DNA of 64,000 nt, from contig CAWHTE010000011.1 of assembly GCA_963832165.1 (NCBI GenBank), positions 160,001 to 224,000 of the forward strand, in the 5' to 3' direction. The stretch is from an uncultured delta proteobacterium. Lineage in GTDB: Bacteria > Myxococcota_A > UBA9160 > SMWR01. Numbering within the stretch: position 1 is the first letter of the stretch; each line of letters begins with the position of its first letter. Under the pieces are notes generated by a model that saw only the letters and a list, made by a program, of their open reading frames with translations, made no database searches and was not told where the DNA came from. Shown here one piece after another: positions 60,417-64,000 of this stretch. The position numbers and the translations under genes are program-made.

Positions 60417-62927
60417 CTAGACACACGGAAAGGGCAAGCGGCGATGGCGGCCGGCGACTGCGAGCGCTCCGAGGCCCATGACTACCATCGCAGCGGTCCC
60501 CGCCTCCGGAACCGGGATCGTCTCTACCGTCACCGAAAGCCCGTCGAAGTCCTTCTTGTTGATGAAGGCTCTCTCACCGCTATCCGCAAAGGCGAGCAAT
60601 GCGTTGTCGATGTTGACGCCAGCGCTCGTGGCGGTGGCCCCACACGCATCGGGGATCGCGCCGGTCCCGCCCGTGCCGTTCAGACCGCCCGTCGCGGGAT
60701 CGAAAAAGCCGCTTCCGGCGCACGCGTCCGCGAGGATCGAGGTAAATTCGTACTCCTCGTGCAGCCCCCAGACGTCGATGCCATTGAACGATGCGGTGGT
60801 AAACTGCAGCGCCGTGCGTCGCGCATACTCCACCTCGAGATTCCCACCACCGGACGCGGGGATCAGCAGCTCGAGTCGGACGAGCGTCGTGACGCTGGCC
60901 TGGCTATCCGACGGCTCGGAACCGAAGACCAGCCAGTCGCCATTCTCTTCGAGAATCAGGCTGTCCATGGAAAAGTTCTCGTGGGGGCTGATCGTGAAGA
61001 TCAGGTTCCCGTCGAGGAAGTCCGGATTACTGGTGTTCGAATCCGCCTCGAAGCCAATCGGATCGAAGTCGAGCAGATCCCCAGCGCATTCCGGCTGGTT
61101 GTAGAGCGGCGCGTCGGCGCTGCTCTCGGCGATGTTCGTGTAGTCGACTGTGGCGCAGGAGCGGGAGCTGTGCGCGATCGTCGCGGCCCCGGCGCTGGAC
61201 GCAGGAGCCCAGGCAACGGCGAACGATCCGACGGACAGCGCCAACTTCGCGACCATCCCGCCACCGACCGAAAATCCCGGGCTGCGCAGCTTCGTTCGCC
61301 TCACCCAGAGAGCGAGGCCGATCAAGCCGGTCGCAAGGAGCAAGCCCGCCGAGGGCTCGGGCACGAACGTCACCTCGATCTCGAAGGTCTTCTTGTGGAT
61401 GTCGTTGGTGCCGCCGTCGAACGAGAAGACCTCGAGCGAGTTGTCGAACTGGAAGATCTCGATGGCAGTCGCGTGCGTGGTCAGCGCACCAACATTCGCG
61501 ATGAGCTCGCCGTTCCAGATGGCGTCGGGGTCGGGGTCTACCCAGTGTCCGTCCCCGGCAGTCCCAAGCGGAGTGAAGCCCATGCTGACGGACTGAGACG
61601 GAATCGAGAGATTCGTGATGAAATCGAGCGCGGTGACCCGGTAGAAGAGATTGCCGATCACCTGCGCCGAACCGTCCAGCGACAGGTTGTAATCACCCGA
61701 CTCGCGGATGGTGATCGAACCGATCCGCGCATTGGGATTGGTGGATTGCGGGATCACGATGTCCAACAGGAGTCTCGTGTCGACGAGGTCTCCCGAGGCG
61801 CTGGTCGTCTCGGCAAAGAACGACGGATCGACGTCGAAGACCAACGTAGTGCCGGCGAGGAAGATGTTATTGGGATCGCCGCCGTTCACGAGCAGCGGCG
61901 GATCCGGATTCGTCGCTGATTCCTGGATGTTGTTGTACTGGATCAGCGTGTTCTGCTTGTCGCCATAGTTCACTACCAACGCGGATGCAGAGGTCGCGAA
62001 AGCAACGACCAGGCCAAACGCAACGGCGAACGATCCGACGGACACCGCCAACTTAGCGGCTATCCCGCCACGGATCGGAAATCCCATGCTGTACCGTTTC
62101 GCTCGCCGCGCCCAGAGAGCGAGGCCGATCAAGCCGGTCGCAAGGAGCAAGCCCGCCGAGGGCTCGGGCACGCCACTGAAGCCGCCGCTACCAAAATCAG
62201 TGCGGCCGCTGCCGAGGTCACCGCCGCCGGTGCAATCATTGGAGATGGTGTTCGTATCCATCGTCACTGCGCCATTGAGCGCGATGGCCCTTCCGCACAG
62301 AATCCTCACACCGCTAGTCAAAGTAATGCTCTGGTCCGCGAGGATATTGCCTGCGAACGTCGTCAACGTACCGAGAGTTGCGGAACTGCCGACCGCAAAA
62401 TAGACGCCAGTGTTGGCGCCACCATTGATGACGTTCACGCTCGAGCCGCTGGCGGTCGTCAGGGTGCTCCCGATCTGGACAATGAACAACGCATTGGGAT
62501 CACCTTGAGCGTCGAGGGTGAGGATCCCCGTCAGCTGAGCCGATGTGTCAAAGTTATAGACGCCCGCAAACAACGTTAGGCCGCCGAGATCTTGGCCCGT
62601 CAGATCGCTTGTGAACGGCTCGGTTTGCAGCGAAGTGAACGCTGTGCTCGCGTCGAGCTGCGCCTGCTGCGCTACCGCATCAGTTTGGTGCACGGTTCCG
62701 GTCAGCGTGATGCTGCCTAGACCCGTGATCGAGGTGCCGGGGTAGACACCCAGGTCGCCATTGATGGTGGTGGCGCCCGTGTTTGTCACGGTCGAAGCGC
62801 CCAGGACCGCAAAGCTCTCCGCCGTGCCCAGGGGAAAGGGCGTGGCCCATCCAGGGGCGGCATATAGAAGCGCGCCGAATATGAGGATCGCGAGCAGGGA
62901 CGAGAAGGGGAGCCTATGGAGGGGCAT
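60417..62927 (-). CDS. Ice-binding-like (DUF3494) protein continuing as a three-unit PEP-CTERM polyprotein
   Basis: [36 protein letters not shown]...[10 protein letters not shown]...VGSSATLGT...[10 protein letters not shown]; three VPE-TM-basic motifs, the first two each followed by a new signal-like peptide. Confidence 0.88.
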   Translation of the reverse strand: MPLHRLPFSSLLAILIFGALLYAAPGWATPFPLGTAESFAVLGASTVTNTGATTINGDLGVYPGTSITGLGSITLTGTVHQTDAVAQQAQLDASTAFTSLQTEPFTSDLTGQDLGGLTLFAGVYNFDTSAQLTGILTLDAQGDPNALFIVQIGSTLTTASGSSVNVINGGANTGVYFAVGSSATLGTLTTFAGNILADQSITLTSGVRILCGRAIALNGAVTMDTNTISNDCTGGGDLGSGRTDFGSGGFSGVPEPSAGLLLATGLIGLALWARRAKRYSMGFPIRGGIAAKLAVSVGSFAVAFGLVVAFATSASALVVNYGDKQNTLIQYNNIQESATNPDPPLLVNGGDPNNIFLAGTTLVFDVDPSFFAETTSASGDLVDTRLLLDIVIPQSTNPNARIGSITIRESGDYNLSLDGSAQVIGNLFYRVTALDFITNLSIPSQSVSMGFTPLGTAGDGHWVDPDPDAIWNGELIANVGALTTHATAIEIFQFDNSLEVFSFDGGTNDIHKKTFEIEVTFVPEPSAGLLLATGLIGLALWVRRTKLRSPGFSVGGGMVAKLALSVGSFAVAWAPASSAGAATIAHSSRSCATVDYTNIAESSADAPLYNQPECAGDLLDFDPIGFEADSNTSNPDFLDGNLIFTISPHENFSMDSLILEENGDWLVFGSEPSDSQASVTTLVRLELLIPASGGGNLEVEYARRTALQFTTASFNGIDVWGLHEEYEFTSILADACAGSGFFDPATGGLNGTGGTGAIPDACGATATSAGVNIDNALLAFADSGERAFINKKDFDGLSVTVETIPVPEAGTAAMVVMGLGALAVAGRHRRLPFPCV
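61212..61365. repeat. Duplicated PEP-CTERM + internal signal peptide linker, copy 2
   Basis: 61304-61365 is identical to 62111-62172; GCAACGGCGAACGATCCGACGGACA is also shared. Confidence 0.85.
62020..62172. repeat. Duplicated PEP-CTERM + internal signal peptide linker, copy 1
   Basis: 62-bp exact match to 61304-61365 plus similar adjoining sequence. Confidence 0.85.
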
Positions 62928-63339
62928 TGTCGAACCTCAGGGTGAGCTGCTTGATTTAGAACTAACGTCTTAATCGCTGCAATCGAGTCGACTCATCGTG
63001 GCAGGGTTGAAGATTTCTCGGGTCTCGGAGAATGAGTTAGGCAGTCTGAATGCCCGCCTAGCATCAGATCGAGATCGATCCATCCGGTCGGGGCGTGGCC
63101 CAGAAAGCTGATTGCAGCCAACCCACGGGACTCGCGCCCCGGCCGGTTCCACCGGCACCCGCCGATACAGGCCCTTGGATTCAACCGCGCGCACAGACAC
63201 CATGGCTCGCATGTTGGAGTCAGTGGTGTTGGCGATCGCAGCGGGGGCGGCTGTCGAACTGCGGTCTTCGCACTCGACCCGGTGCTTTGCTCCGGCCTGG
63301 AGGCGAGACGTGCGGGTGCGAGCGAGGCTAACTAGTAAT

Positions 63340-63387
63340 ATGCACGAGTACATGTACTTAGTATGCACTGGTGCATGAAAGTGTCAA
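63340..63387 (-). promoter_or_regulatory. Sigma-70-like promoter overlapped by two ATGCAC-N2-GTRCAT palindromes
   Basis: Minus strand TTGACA (63387-63382)-N16-CATACT; palindromes at 63340-63353 and 63363-63376. Confidence 0.55.
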
Positions 63388-63460
63388 CGCGCGCTAGCGT
63401 TCTCGTGCATCGAGATGCACGAATGAACCGCCTAGGCGGTGGAAGCCGTTGCGCTCGGGT

Positions 63461-63826
63461 TTAGCACCGCCGAGGCCGCTTACGCGGCGCGCGAGATTTC
63501 TTGGACCGGCTGGGAAGCGGCCCGCACGGGACCGCGGAATCGATGGCGTCCTCGAACTCACCTTCGGTGGTGAAACCGAAGGCCCTCATCAAGCCATCCC
63601 TGAGTTCTTGGCTCTCCCGGTATTCCGGTAGGGGTTTCACCCGATCGTTAGCCGATCTAATGTTTCGCTTGCCATAGAGGATTCGGTGGATCGTCGACTG
63701 ATGGACACCGATTCTGCGCGCGATCTCGGTCGTATTGGGAAGCTCGAACGGGCCCTTGCGGAGCGTGCTGCGCTCCTCGAACTGATTCTTTAGGAATCCC
63801 CGGAGCTTTGACAGCCGATCTGCCAT
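63461..63826 (-). CDS. Helix-turn-helix DNA-binding protein (XRE/Cro-like)
   Basis: NTTEIARRIGVHQSTIHRIL. Confidence 0.65.
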   Translation of the reverse strand: MADRLSKLRGFLKNQFEERSTLRKGPFELPNTTEIARRIGVHQSTIHRILYGKRNIRSANDRVKPLPEYRESQELRDGLMRAFGFTTEGEFEDAIDSAVPCGPLPSRSKKSRAPRKRPRRC

Positions 63827-63934
63827 AGGCAGAGATTACAACAATCCCCGCGCGCACGGATATGGTCCCCAAGGGCGTCCCCGAAACCGGTGTTACATCG
63901 ACGAGCGGATCTGGGTGAAGCGGCGACAGATTCC

Positions 63935-63948
63935 ATGCACCGGTGCAA
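63935..63948. promoter_or_regulatory. Third ATGCAC-N2-GTGCAW palindrome, upstream of the HTH gene
   Basis: ATGCACCGGTGCAA. Confidence 0.45.
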
Positions 63949-64000
63949 AACTCTCTCGGACTTTTCGAGGCGCAAAAAACTGCGCGCAGGCTGTCGTATT

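Noticed and set aside
62970..63378. Small ORFs or a known riboswitch upstream of the polyprotein
   Set aside because: No protein motifs, the ORFs overlap the operator region, and I could not match any riboswitch consensus by eye.

Overview
High-GC bacterial chromosomal segment; gene content (LpxA, PEP-CTERM sorting signals, MtrAB, F5-like chemosensory operon, many SDR/P450/LLM enzymes) suggests a Gram-negative Myxococcota/deltaproteobacteria-like organism (inference). Positions 1-56.5 kb are densely packed core and metabolic genes: osmoprotectant ABC transporter, heme A synthase, lpxA, gltA, an M16 peptidase pair, rmuC, a TetR/diiron/PQQ-ADH/P450 cluster, a chemosensory operon, WS/DGAT, a molybdopterin oxidoreductase, a WYL regulator and mtrAB. 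Positions 56.5-64 kb are accessory, with an HNH gene, IS remnants and a lower-GC PEP-CTERM cluster. Several genes carry isolated frameshifts that look like long-read indel errors. No rRNA, tRNA or CRISPR array was seen. Most notable: (1) one 836-aa ORF built as three signal peptide-domain-PEP-CTERM units in tandem, a candidate polyprotein of surface proteins; (2) a soluble chemoreceptor with a truncated globin plus seven PAS domains, in an operon that also holds an ABC1/UbiB kinase, an ABM-domain protein and a Rieske ferredoxin; (3) a shared GTGTGAC-N7-GTCACRC palindrome at fixed spacing from a -10 box upstream of rmuC and the HNH gene, a candidate WYL-activated DNA-damage regulon; (4) an AhpD-like CxxU selenoprotein split by an in-frame TGA followed by a hairpin; (5) a ~43-bp mini-hairpin repeat translated at gene junctions.
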